Positions 28,840-41,654 of a DNA stretch of 64,000 nt are shown here, in pieces. Position numbers and translations under genes: made by a program. This DNA is from Octopus vulgaris (Eukaryota), in the NCBI GenBank assembly GCA_951406725.2, contig OX597821.1:105152001-105216000 (forward strand). Reading direction: 5' to 3'. The notes beneath the pieces were generated by a model that saw only the letters and a list, made by a program, of their open reading frames with translations, was not told the origin of the DNA and did not search any database. How positions within the stretch are numbered: the stretch's first letter is position 1; each line of letters opens with the position of its first letter.

Positions 28840-28942
28840 ATAGAGAGAGAGAGAGAGAGAGCGAGAGAGAGCGAGAGAGAGAGCGAGAGAGAGAGAGCGA
28901 GAGAGAGAGAGCGAGAGAGAGAGTGAGAGAGGAAGAGAGAGA
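28840..28942. repeat. (GA)n/(GAGC) microsatellite
   Basis: Directly visible. Confidence 0.9.
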
Positions 28943-29026
28943 ATGACAAGATAATGTAGTTACACAATTCTACTTTCTTGGTATGTAAACGTTTTATGTA
29001 GAGCCATGAGCAGGGATTTCTAAGTA

Positions 29027-29093
<67 letters not shown>

Positions 29094-29539
29094 TACATAC
29101 AAAAGCAATAAATAAGAGAGATATGATTGGAAATCCAATAATTTATTTCTATCATAATATACTTGGATGATTAGTAGTTTTTTGTAATATGGCTAGTTTT
29201 TAGAAATAACCAGCTACTTAAATAAGGATTATTCACAGTAACTAACAAGTAAATGTCCCTATATTTGCATATTAATAAAGGGAGGACTCAGTAAATAATA
29301 ATTAATTATTATAAACAAAAACAAGTTTTGAGTACCGATACAATTAGTATAATATTTCATATAAGATATATACTATAAATAGTATATATCCAAATTTTAT
29401 TAATTCTTTTAGAAGTACCAAAATAATATTGTTGTAGTAAGGATATAAGTTATAAACCATACAATACTATAATAATTATTATTGGGGTATTAAATTTAGT
29501 TAGTATTTCAAATAAAACTATTCATATATTATTATCCTT

Positions 29540-29816
29540 ATTATTATTATTACTTTTTTTCTTCTTTCAAATTTGCTTCCATTTCTTGCGGAGTGTCTTC
29601 CCGACTCCTAGGGCAAAGAAACTCATAGTATACATTGGTAGCCCATTAAACCAAACTCAATAGTTCGTTCATTTTTTTTTTAAGTTATATTAAAATACAT
29701 GAGCAGCAACAGTTCTCACATCGACAATGCTCTTCTCAATACGTGTGATGTACCAGTTAAGACAATCTTTTGCACTTCTTGCAGGGATGGTAAGCCAGGG
29801 ATCATTATTATTATTA

Positions 29817-29892
<76 letters not shown>

Positions 29893-30300
29893 TTTTTTTT
29901 CTTCTTTCAAATTTTCTTCCATTTCTTGCCGAGTGTCTTCCCGACTCCTAGGGCAAAGAAACTCATAGTGTATATTGGTAGGCCATTAAACCAAACTCAG
30001 TAGTTCGTTCATTTTTTTTTTTTTTTTTTTTAAAGTTAAATTAAAATACATGAGCAGCAACAGTTCTCACATCGACAATGCTCTTCTCAATACGTGTGAT
30101 GTACCAGTTAAGACAATCTTTTTCACTTCTTGCAGGGATGGTAAGCCAGGGATCATTCTCATATAATTCTCGGTTCCCTTCTTGATCATTCCTAGTGCTC
30201 CTACGATCACTGGTATTGTAACCGCCTTGAGATGCACATTTTCTCATTTCATTATCTTTATTAGCTTGTCATTTTCGCTGATATTATGATACAGGGGATT
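29540..30300 (-). mobile_element. Two tandem R4/Dong LINE 3' ends, each with (TAA)n tail
   Basis: C-terminus IPGLPSLQEVQKIVLTGTSHVLRRALSM*; 29552-29803 is nearly identical to 29891-30156. Confidence 0.88.
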
Positions 30301-30371
30301 ATGTCGATCAATAAGCAAACTTATTATTATTATTTCGGTCTGTATTATGGAAAGTATTATTTTCTCCTTCA

Positions 30372-30374
30372 TTA

Positions 30375-30429
<55 letters not shown>

Positions 30430-30840
30430 TATTATTATTATTATTATTATTATTTATTATTATTATTATTTATTATTTATTATTATTTATTATTATTTAT
30501 TATTATTATTTATTATTTATTATTTATTATTGTTATTATTATTATTATTATTATTATTTTATGTTTGACCTTTGCTTTACATTTGTACAAGTTGGCTCCA
30601 AGTCTCAAGAGATTACAAGTTGGAAGTTCATGTTGGCATTATACCTAGGGTGGCATATATTTGGTCTTGTCCATAGTGTTGTTCTAGAGAATGTTGAAGA
30701 AAATATAGGACAATTTTTTGTTTTAAAACTTAAGATTACATAGAAAGTATTTTGCGTAGGATATGGGCAGTTCCCATGATCACTATATTTTGAAATTTTG
30801 CCATTTTGGGGTTTCCTGGTATTTGAGCTAGGTAGCAATC
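30372..30840 (-). mobile_element. Different R4/Dong LINE 3' end with long (TAA)n tail
   Basis: AKFQNIVIMGTAHILRKILSM* followed by 3'UTR and (TAA)n at 30372-30560. Confidence 0.8.
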
Positions 30841-31291
30841 AGCTCCTTTTGCTATCATTCCCAGGGAACCTATGACAACACGTATTGTTTTACTTTTCAG
30901 GTTCCATATTTTCCTAATTTCTATTTCAAAATCTTTATATATAGCGGCAACAATATCAACACCATGACTTACAACAATGTCAAGGACAGGAAGATCAAGA
31001 ACAACAACAAAATAATATCAACCATGCTGGCAGGACAGTGGGCGAAATCACAAACACAGTGAGTTACAAGAACGGTACAGAAAGTCAGACACAAGGGGAG
31101 CAGCAGCGGCAACGGGGCAGCGTTGGGATTGAGGGGAGGGTTTATAGTGATACTAAGAAAGGTGACACACACACACACACACACACATGTAGAATCACAC
31201 AAACAAGCACGAGTGCATGCGCATATAATGATACACATCAGAGAAGAACTGAACGAAATAAGCAGAACAAAAACACTCATGAAGAAGAAAA

Positions 31292-31336
31292 GTTTCTCTG
31301 AAGAGGTCACAGATGTGTGACGAAATATTCCTGGAC
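31292..31336 (+). ncRNA. Hammerhead-like motif, core intact, stem I weak
   Basis: CTGAAGA-G-GTCACA gatg TGTGAC-GAAA-TATTC. Confidence 0.55.
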
Positions 31337-32735
31337 AATGGACATGAGTTAGAATAAAAAGAGTAATAAACATGTGAAGAACGAATATATAGTGCGTGTG
31401 TTTATTTGGTTAAAAAAATGACCGTCCCGAAATACAATGCAAGGATATTACTATTAACAATTGATAACAATATAAGTTGCTAGAAAGTATTAAAATAAAC
31501 CTAAAGCTACGAATATAAATTTATAATCAGATATACCAGATAGTACCAGCATTGATAGAGATAAAACTGAAAACGATTCAAAACGATGGTTATCACTGTT
31601 CGAATTCGAGGAAACCAGTAAATAGAAAAGTTAACTTAACAATAACGAGTCAAAATCGCAAATGAAATTTGTAGACGTACTGATATTACATGGTTTCGAA
31701 CCCTGCGAAAAACAATTCACATCCGTGAGTATTACTGTCGAGGACTAATGAACATATGTGTCTTCATCATTTGAATGCAGTGGTAAATTCTAAAATGTTC
31801 AATGTGAATAAAATTATAAAAAAATATATATATAAAGTTATTTTAGATAAATAATAATAATAATAATACTATAAGTGGCCAGCAGTCATAAAAACACCCG
31901 TAAGGGTAAAATTATTTATTTACGACCAAGCTTACTAAACAGTACAGTGTTGCTGGAAACAAGATTTTCAAAACGTCTCAAACCACAGTTATCACTCACA
32001 CACACACACTCACAGACACACACACGCACGTACACCCACAACACACACAGACATACAGAGTCTGATTGAAAGAAAGTGTCAGAAAAGAGAAGAGAGAGAG
32101 AGAATTACATTAGGAGAATAACTATTCTCAATAGGATATAAGCCAAGTCATTCCACTTCTTTGCGAATGCTAGTGTAGGATATTCCCATTAAAGACTCCA
32201 AAATTAGAATAAAGTGTTTTATCATTACAAACATTTCGAGTGCGCGATATATTATAGCAAGATGCATGCATGTATCTAAAATGATAGAAAAAGATATATA
32301 CGTGTGAGAATAAAAGCTAATGGAATTGGTAACGTTGCCGATCTACAGACTTACTGAAGGAAATATTTCATGTGGCGAAAAATAAAAGCATGTAGATTGA
32401 CAAACATATTGACAAATGCATGTATACCTTTACATATAAATATGCTGACACCTCAGTGTCTCTTTATCACACACTCCTTCTCTGTATATGTACATATATA
32501 TATATATTCATACATGCACGTATGCATACATACATATACCGATTCATATGTATACGAATATATCGCTATCTTTCTATCAACCTCCCCAATAGCCATCCAT
32601 CTCTCTCTATCTCACCATATATCATATATATAATTATATATATATATATATATACATACATACATAAATAAATATATAAATATACATATAAATATATATA
32701 TAAACATATATATAAACATACATGCATATATATGC

Positions 32736-32767
<32 letters not shown>

Positions 32768-33105
32768 GATATATGTTTTAGTCACAATATATGGATGCAA
32801 TTCTTCCGGTGGTACTCAAAAAGAAGTTCCTAATGCATGATTCTACAAAACATATAATACATATATATTTCAGCACAAGAGAAAAATATTGGAATTAGAT
32901 AATGCTGTAAATAATGAGGGGAATATAGTATTTGCATTGATTTCGATATTGTCTATATTAATGCAGACAGACAAGTATTTTACATATAAAACGTAGTAAA
33001 AATATATCTCCACTTGTTTTAAGTTCCGAAACACTAATTGCGACAAGAAATTCTCATGTTTAAATAAATTGTATCAAACTATGCCCATCTGGTTTTTTTA
33101 AACTT

Positions 33106-33177
<72 letters not shown>

Positions 33178-33194
33178 TAGACATATAGATGGGG

Positions 33195-33375
33195 AGGGGA
33201 GAGTTCACACAAGCACAAAAGACGAAGACAGGTGGTGTAGACAACAAACTGATGTATTAGTATAACGCTCGGAAAGCGAAAAAGTGTTTAACGTTTCGAG
33301 CCTACGCTCCTCAACAGAAAGAGACAAGGAGAGAAAATAAAGAATGTGTAGTGGCTAGCGATCTATCATGGCGAA
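33195..33375 (-). mobile_element. Second copy of the ~190-bp hammerhead-bearing repeat (motif at 33285-33322)
   Basis: TCTTT-CTGTTGA-G-GAGC gtag GCTC-GAAA-CGTT-AAACA; homologous to 10540-10732. Confidence 0.8.
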
Positions 33376-33385
33376 TATATATATG

Positions 33386-34100
33386 TACGTCGTCTGATAA
33401 ATGAGTATTCGAACTGTTACTATAGTGACGACGCTAAAGCACGGACAGTTAACCCGCTTGGTAAATATTGACCTTGAAATCTGTTGTGCATGCTCACTAA
33501 ATATTTAACATTCTAGTTCACTTTTGCTATTCACAGGTCGTGATCGTCGCACTGGCCGTGCCAGAGAAAGTTAAGCAGAGAATCTGCATCATATTTTGCC
33601 ATAAGCTTGGTGAAACCCATTTTCTTTTTAAAATTTCGACTTTCTCGACATAATCAAGGAGATATTATGCAACTGAAACCCGAGTGAAAATTTGTTTAAC
33701 TCAAAGCAGTTTTGGCACAAATGTGGCAGAAACGCCACTCATACACAAATCATCAGTGACAATAGACTGAACTGAATTTTAATTAATCTGCGCGTTCTCT
33801 GATAACTCACAAGTTGTGATTCCACGATTTCCTCTCGCACCTGCACGCACATCTGCGATATGTTTCTCATTTGTGCAGGTTGCCGGTCTCTCAGAGCATT
33901 TTCAATATCGATATCTTTTCGGCCCTCTCATATACGTGTAAAACTCACGTACGCTTTTGTGCTGCTGGCACACTCCTCTCCATACAATTTCTGCAATTTT
34001 TGCGTAGATCACTATGCCGATATTATCATTAAAACTTTCAGTATCATGGTAAAATTCGACGATCACACACTACACACCTAACTTACAAGCACTGCTGTGA
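33386..34100. mobile_element. Two mariner 5' remnants joined in opposite orientation
   Basis: Plus strand: TIR-like tacgtcgtctgataaa and VKQRICIIFCHKLGET (to ~33620). Minus strand 33620-34060: EGRKDI...IVTDDLCMSGVSATFVPKLL. Confidence 0.75.
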
Positions 34101-34126
34101 ACAGCGGAGGCTATAAGGAAGAGGCT

Positions 34127-34220
34127 CCTTATCTTTCCTGATGAGAAGATGGCATAATGCACCATTTATTCCTTCGGAATTAAAAGTATGCCGTCTTCGA
34201 AACATGTGTCGTGAGTAAGG
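34127..34220 (+). ncRNA. Type I hammerhead ribozyme
   Basis: CTGATGA 34138-34144; 12-bp stem II gaagatggcata/tatgccgtcttc; GAAA 34199-34202; CATGTG-TC; predicted cut after C34210; imperfect stem I ccttatctttc/gtgagtaagg. Confidence 0.85.
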
Positions 34221-34579
34221 AAATTTTGTTAAAATCTTCGTTCGACTCCATTCTTTCATTTATTTATATAAAAAAAACACACAAATTTTCACACAAGAAC
34301 CCGGAGTTTCTACCCTTGACAGGTCGCTTCAACCGTGTTTTCTGACGTGAATTTGCTACCCGGGTATCGGTTAAACGAATTTTCCATGCTAAGATATATA
34401 TATATATATATATACATATAAACATATATATATACATATATAATGTGCGTGTGTGTGACGTACATACATATCGTGTTTTCATTCATTATAAATATTTCAT
34501 GTATCTCCAAGCAAGTAAATTGGTTTTATTATTCATAACGCCACTTCTGTATAACGTCGTTGTCGTGGAAATACAATAA

Positions 34580-34800
34580 GAAACCTCCAACATGGCTCTC
34601 TCCGACTTGAGAAAGAATATTGTCTGGATTTTCTTCTAAAGTCACGTAATCACCAGTAGCAAATTGAAAGCTTAGAGAAGCCGCCTTCAAAATATTGCAT
34701 GCGGGATATCTGCAATATTTGCGCGTCATCGGTTGCCAGAATCTTATTTCAACGCAGGCTTAGCCCATTTTCGTTGCAGCTGATATACCGAAAAGCAGTC
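34580..34800 (-). mobile_element. Possible hAT transposase C-terminal remnant
   Basis: FWQ....YP..., FEGGFSK and GD motifs loosely match FW...YP...YL.E.GFS...GDLRL. Confidence 0.3.
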
Positions 34801-35334
34801 ATTAAGGGGCAAATATATTGCAGACATTAATGGTAGCTCGTTGACATTTTTTATTTTATCTCACATAAATTCACAATTAGAGTAGAAAGATCTTTCCTCA
34901 AATCACAGGTTTACAACGTTAATATACATTGAAAACACTTGTATATTTTTGGGAATATTTTGCCATTGAACTTGAATAATGGATATGTATTTTAATAATA
35001 TAGTTTAATAATATATTTAGCAACAGAAATAATGCTAGAAGCATTCAATTCTTTCGCAACATAAGTCTCAGTAATTAGATTTCTCTAAACTCATAAAATT
35101 CAGGAAATATGTAATTTCATGAGATATTTCTCTGTAGTATGAGGAGCAAAAATATATATAAAAAAAAGCTATATATCAAAAAAGTTACCGAAAGTTGCTC
35201 ATAAACAGCTTAAACAGGATTAAATAATGAACATACGAAGACTGACATAATGCAACATCTAATATCTAAAATCCAAAGGCCATAATTACTAAAATATTTT
35301 ATAAATTAATGATGCCTTACGTTATGTGAAGTTG

Positions 35335-35635
35335 TGTGGCTTACTAGATAGCGTAATCAGCTCACGTTCATTGGCTAATGGTTTCGATTACCGGTGACGC
35401 GTTATGTCCTTCAGCAAGAGACTTTGTTTCATGTTGCTCTAATCCATTCGGCCGACAATGATTAATTATTTCTTGTAATTCAAATATCTGGCCTTGTCTC
35501 ACACTTCCCGAGGAATAACTGGAAGCTATGAGTGTCTGTGAAGCACTCAGCCACTTACACGTTCATTCCACGAGGAGACTTTTCTGTTCATCGAATCAAC
35601 CGGAATACTCGTCGTCTTAACCAACAGAGTTCCAA
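35335..35635 (+). mobile_element. Old tRNA-derived SINE
   Basis: ggtttcgattacc B-box-like, cttcagcaagagacttt body shared with 13459 family. Confidence 0.7.
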
Positions 35636-36081
35636 CTATGATATGTACAATTATATAAGAATGTTGTTTTGACCGGTGAGGCATATATTCTCGCTGTAGC
35701 TTAGGAAACGTGCAGGCTACAGAAACTGTGTATCAGTGTGTCACATAATATCTGCTCACAAAAATAAACTTGGTTCCTATGAATAATTGTATTTTTACTT
35801 CAATTAAGACATATGATGCATATTCCACTTTGCAAACACTACTGCAGTAAACACGTTATTACAAGCATTCATTCAATCTGCTATATACTATATCATATTA
35901 CATTGTATTACATTATATTATATTATAGATATATCAGAATATTTGCATGCATGTACGCTTGCGTGTATGTGTGAGTATGTAGGCGTATGTATGTATGAAT
36001 ATGTATGTATATATATATATATACATATATATGTATATATATATATATGTGTGTGTGTGTGTATGTATATATATATATATG

Positions 36082-36138
<57 letters not shown>

Positions 36139-36386
36139 GTATGTATATATATATATACATATATGTGTGTGTATATATATGCATATAAATTAAATTAGAT
36201 ATAAAACCACTATTAGGCAAATCAAACAGTGAAAAACATAAACCAAAACATAAAAATAAACATAATTAATGTGATTGATATAATTTAATTTAATTTAATT
36301 TAATTTAATTTAACATAATTTATATAATTTACAAAAAATGCATGTCTGGTTTCTGTGGTTGAAGCTCTATAATAGTTATATGACAG

Positions 36387-36591
36387 ATAAGTGTACATGC
36401 ATATATAACAGATTAGTCAGCACACATATGTAACAGATGTCGAACGCTTATGCAAATGTAAATACTTGCACACAAAGGCACACATCCGCATAAACACAGA
36501 CATCCGGATAAACACACACACATGTATACATATATATACGTGTTTGTGTAATTATATATGTAAATATATATGTACACACACATGTATATGC

Positions 36592-36627
<36 letters not shown>

Positions 36628-36712
36628 CTATATAAATTTACATTTGCATAAGCGTTCAACATCTGTTACATATATGTGCACGCTAATCTGTTATATATGC
36701 ATGTACTCTTAT
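36387..36712. repeat. Inverted repeat, 77-bp arms (36387-36463 and 36636-36712)
   Basis: Arms are reverse complements at high identity around a microsatellite-like spacer. Confidence 0.92.
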
Positions 36713-37170
36713 AAGGACTACTTCATACTTTGTAAAACAAAATACGTAGGTACACAAATATAATTATCAGAAATGGCACTTGCATTGAGGATTATAATAT
36801 AAAATAAACCGATAAAATACAGCCTACTATAAAATATAATACGTATCTTAACGCATGTCTGGTTTCTGTGGTTGATGCTATATACTAGTTATATGACATA
36901 GCGAAGGTATAAAATCAAAAGTAGTGATAATGAGAGGCCTAGAAATGATATACGGCAGGATGAAAGTTTCAGAAGTAAATAACGATAATCAAATGATTTT
37001 CGAGTATGCAGAAAACAAAATGGAATTAACATCTGTCAAAGAATTTGCAACGGAAAGTGGATAATAAAAGCTGGCGATAACAGTTTTTGTGGACCAATAA
37101 GCACGCTTGAAAGAAATAGAATATGTAAAGACAGCAAGAAACTTTTCATGAGAGAATCAAACATAAGTGG

Positions 37171-37284
<114 letters not shown>

Positions 37285-37897
37285 TAAAGATATATATATA
37301 TATATATATATACATATATATCCATGTATACTTATGTATACATAAACACACATACCCATATATATATATATATACATATATATATACACATATATATACA
37401 TATATATATATATATGTATTTCTTTGTATTGCACATATACACTTACGAATGTATGCGTATGTGTGTCTGTATGTGAGTTTTTGTATTTGTGTGAGTGTGT
37501 ACTTTTTACGTATATTAACAGAAATATGGGATAAATACAAAGAATAGGAGAGAACAAATGGGCTGGTTGCGACAAATGATGGAAATGTGTATTGAACACG
37601 AATGTTGGTTGTGATAATACATACGGAGATATATGAAATATCTTTTGTACTTTCTCCCGTTATTAAATGCTCATTAGCCACCATGTTTCCCTTGGTAACT
37701 AACTGTTCATGTTAAAGGAATTAATATTAAATGAACACAATATAACCACAGTTTTGTCGAGTTAAGTTAAGTTGTATATTCAGATTTTCAAATTAGATTA
37801 CAACTCACTTGGGGTATATAAAATAAAGGGGCATATCGTATAACGATACATATATACACGTATGACTACTGAAATATATATACACATATGACTACCG

Positions 37898-37956
<59 letters not shown>

Positions 37957-38321
37957 TCGTATGTGATCTACCTGTAGCATATGGCTGTCCACATAGTGTT
38001 TATTAGCCCTAAATATACACATGTATAAGAATATTCTCTGATTTTTCAGATTTTTATATGCTAGGCTACTGGTTTTAAATTGATATTAATTAAATTAATA
38101 TTCAATTTATCTCCCTAATTATTTAAATGTTAAAATGATTATGTTCTCTAATAGGCAAAATTAACTGCAGTACTTTATTTGCTGCAGAATTTGTTTTTCT
38201 GGAATTTAGCGCGCCAGAACTCAGACATTTGAAATTAATCCCAATGTAATCGGTAGAACTAAGCACGTGTCTGGTTTTATACAGAAAACTGGTCGTTAAT
38301 TTTACAAATTATATTGGAACG

Positions 38322-38395
38322 ATCGTACTGATGAGTCTACGGACGAAGGATTACGTAAGTAATTTATTCGGTGATAGACGAAACCGGTATACGAT
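38322..38395 (+). ncRNA. Type I hammerhead ribozyme
   Basis: Stem I ATCGTA/TACGAT; CTGATGA 38328-38334; stem II GTCTA/TAGAC with long extension; GAAA 38380-38383; ACCGGT palindrome; predicted cut after A38389 (GUA). Confidence 0.92.
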
Positions 38396-38551
38396 TAATT
38401 CTAGATTTTTATGTAATTTTCATCTGTCCGCTGAATTTTCTCTGGAGAACATTCTTTCTTTGTAGTTTAATCGTATGTGGTCTACGTCCAGCATATGGCT
38501 GTCCACATAGTGTTTTTTAGCCCTAAATATACACATGTATACACACACATA

Positions 38552-38600
<49 letters not shown>

Positions 38601-39439
38601 ATATATATGTATAGAAATATATAACTATATAGAATACATTTATAATAAAGGGCACATAATCTACTATGACCATATGCTGGAAGTAGACGCCAAATACGTC
38701 CAGCCACTGTAGGATTTTGCTTCACAATGTACACAGCTTGAAAGCGGGAAAAGCGGACCGACTAGGAGTTAATAAAATAATTCAGATAGTTCTGGATCGA
38801 TTAATTTCTGGATTAGTTTAATAACTTCTTCATCAGCGAAACATCCTGGATGAAATATATGAAAATATTTATACATCCCCACAGAAAAGCGCACACAAAA
38901 TGCAAGTACATACTCAAAAATATATACATTGAATTGCTTAGTTCACCTCAACACGTGTGTATTTGGTTACAATATTACTGAAGTAAATAAAATGTCCGGG
39001 AATTAATGAGATACATCTAAACATAATTACAGGATAAATCATTAGAATTATTGAATTCCATCAGCGGCAGGCAAATAAGAATAACCTGTTACGTAAATTT
39101 CATACGTATAGATGTATAATTGAATGGAATTATAATTACAGACACAGAAGCTGTCATGCCTATATGCTAGAAGTAGATGCCAAATACGACCAGTGACTAT
39201 TAGATTTCACTTCAAAATATACACAGGTTGAAAGCGAGAAAGATGACCTACCAAACGCGTTTTGAGGTGGACTTCGAAATTTGATGAGTGTATATTTGTG
39301 AATATTTCTATGTAATCGCATTTTGTCTGTGCTTGTCTGCGGTTATGTATAAATATTTTCATTTATTTCACCCAGTGTGTTTGGCTGATCAAGGAAAAGT
39401 TATTAAACTAATCCAGAATTTGAACAATCCAGAACTATA

Positions 39440-39858
39440 ATCTTTACTCTTTTACTCTTTTACTTGTTTCAGTCATTTGACAGTGGCCATGCAGGAGCAC
39501 CGCCTTTAGTCGATCAAATCGACCCCAGGACTTATTCTTTGTAAGCCTAGTACTTATTCTATCAGTCTTTTAAGCCGAACCGCTGAGTTACGGGGTCGTA
39601 AACACACAAGCATCGGTTGTCAAGCGATGTTAGAGGGACAAACACAAATACACAAACATACACAAACGCACACACACACACATGTATATATATATATATA
39701 CATATATACGACGGGCTTCTTTCAGTTTCCGTTTCTCAAATCCACCCACAAGGCTTTGTTCGACCCGAGGTTATAGTGGAATACACTTGCAGAAGGTGCC
39801 ACGCAGTGGGACTGAACCCGGAACTATGTGGTCGTAAACAAGCTACTTACCACACTAT
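39440..39858 (-). mobile_element. Full-length tRNA-headed SINE
   Basis: Head at right end (gtgtggtaagtagctt...cgggttcagtcccactgcgtggcac on minus), (GAGTAAAA)n tail; interrupts the unit above with actat on both sides. Confidence 0.92.
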
Positions 39859-40159
39859 GTGAATAATTTTTGTAGTTTTTGGTGGGTCCAATATTCCTAC
39901 TTTCAACCTGTGCATATTTTGAAGTGACATCTTATACTGGCTGGACGTATTTGGTGTGTACTTCTAGCATGATAGATTGTGTGCCATTAAATATAATTGT
40001 ATTCTGTAGAATTATATATCGCCATACGGGAATTTTTTCTTAAATGATTCTTTATTATATGCTGGCCACATATATATATATATATATATATATCTACATA
40101 ATTGCAAACGCACACAGACACGCATATATTCACACACATATCCCCTTCTCTCAATCTAG

Positions 40160-40285
40160 AAAATCCACTTACAAGGATTTGGTTGGCGCAAAGCTATAGT
40201 AGGAGACACTTGACGATGATGCTACGCAGTGGGACAGAAGACGGAGCCAAGTGGCTGGGAATGAAGCCTCTTATCACACAGTGAC
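40160..40285 (-). mobile_element. SINE head fragment
   Basis: aaatccacttacaagg...acgcagtgggac matches 10294-10365. Confidence 0.7.
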
Positions 40286-40304
40286 ACATATATAAAAATA
40301 AAAT

Positions 40305-40356
40305 GAATAATAATAATAACAACACCACCACCACCAACAACAACAACAACAACAAC

Positions 40357-40409
<53 letters not shown>

Positions 40410-40990
40410 GGAGAAGTAGAAGAAGATGATGGAGATGAAGAAGAAGAAGAAGGAGGAGGAGAAGGAAGAGGAGGTGGAGAAGAAAAGAAGAAGAAGAAGA
40501 AGGAGAAGAAAAAGAAGGAGAAGAAAAAGATGGAGAAGTTGAAGAAGAAGATGGACAAGAAGAAGAAGAAGAAGAAGATGGAGAAGAAGGAGAAGAAGAA
40601 GAAGAAGAAGAAGAAGAAGGAGAGGAAGAAGTAGAAGAAGAAGTTGAAGAAGAAGATGGACAAGAAGAAGAAGAAGATGGAGAAGAAGTAGAATAATAAT
40701 AAGAAGAAGTGGAAGAAGAAGAAGACGGACAAGAAGAAGAAGAAGTTGGAGAAGTAGAATAATAATAAGAAAAAGAAGAAGAGGAAGAAGTGGAATAGGT
40801 TGAAGAAGAAGAAATTGAAGAAGAAGATGGACAAGAAGAAGAAGAAGATGGAGAAGAAGTAGAATAATAATAAGAAGAAGAAGTGGAAGAAGAAGAAGAC
40901 GGACAAGAAGAAGAAGAAGTTGGAGAAGTAGAATAATAATAAGAAAAAGAAGAAGAGGAATAAGTGGAATAGGTTGAAGAAGAAGAAATT

Positions 40991-41034
<44 letters not shown>

Positions 41035-41359
41035 AGAAGAAGATGGAGAAGAAGAAGAAGAAGAAGAGGAAGAAGAAGAGGTAGAAGAAGAAGATGGAGA
41101 AGAAGAAGAAGAAGAAGAAGAAGGAGAAGATGGAGAAGAAGAAGAAGAAGATCGAGAAGAAGAATATGGAGAAGAAGAAGACGAAGAAGAAGAAGAACAA
41201 GAAGAACAAGAAAAACAAAAAAAGAAGAAGAAGAAGAAGAAGAAGAAGAAGATGGAGATGAAGAAGACGAAGAAGAAGAAGAAGAAGAAGAAGACGAAAA
41301 AGAAGAAGACGAAAAAGAAGAAGAAGAAGAAAAGAAGAAGAAAAACAAAAAAGAAGAAG

Positions 41360-41390
<31 letters not shown>

Positions 41391-41565
41391 TGAAGAAGAA
41401 GATGGACAAGAAGAAGAAGAAGATGGAGAAGAAGTAGAATAATAATAAGAAGAAGAAGTGGAAGAAGAAGAAGACGGACAAGAAGAAGAAGAAGTTGGAG
41501 AAGTAGAATAATAATAAGAAAAAGAAGAAGAGGAATAAGTGGAATAGGTTGAAGAAGAAGAAATT

Positions 41566-41609
<44 letters not shown>

Positions 41610-41622
41610 AGAAGAAGATGGA

Positions 41623-41654
<32 letters not shown>

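Larger units (their letters stand above)
37965..39975. repeat. Cluster of direct and inverted pseudo-LTR-like repeat units
   Basis: 37970-38027 = 38502-38542 (direct); 38670-38760 = 39160-39255 (direct); 38670-38860 is inverted against 39360-39438 plus 39858-39975. Confidence 0.75.

Noticed and set aside
30944-31161. Gln-rich open frame with possible splice sites
   Set aside because: Looks like a decayed CAA/CAG repeat; weak donor and no partner exons on the plus strand.
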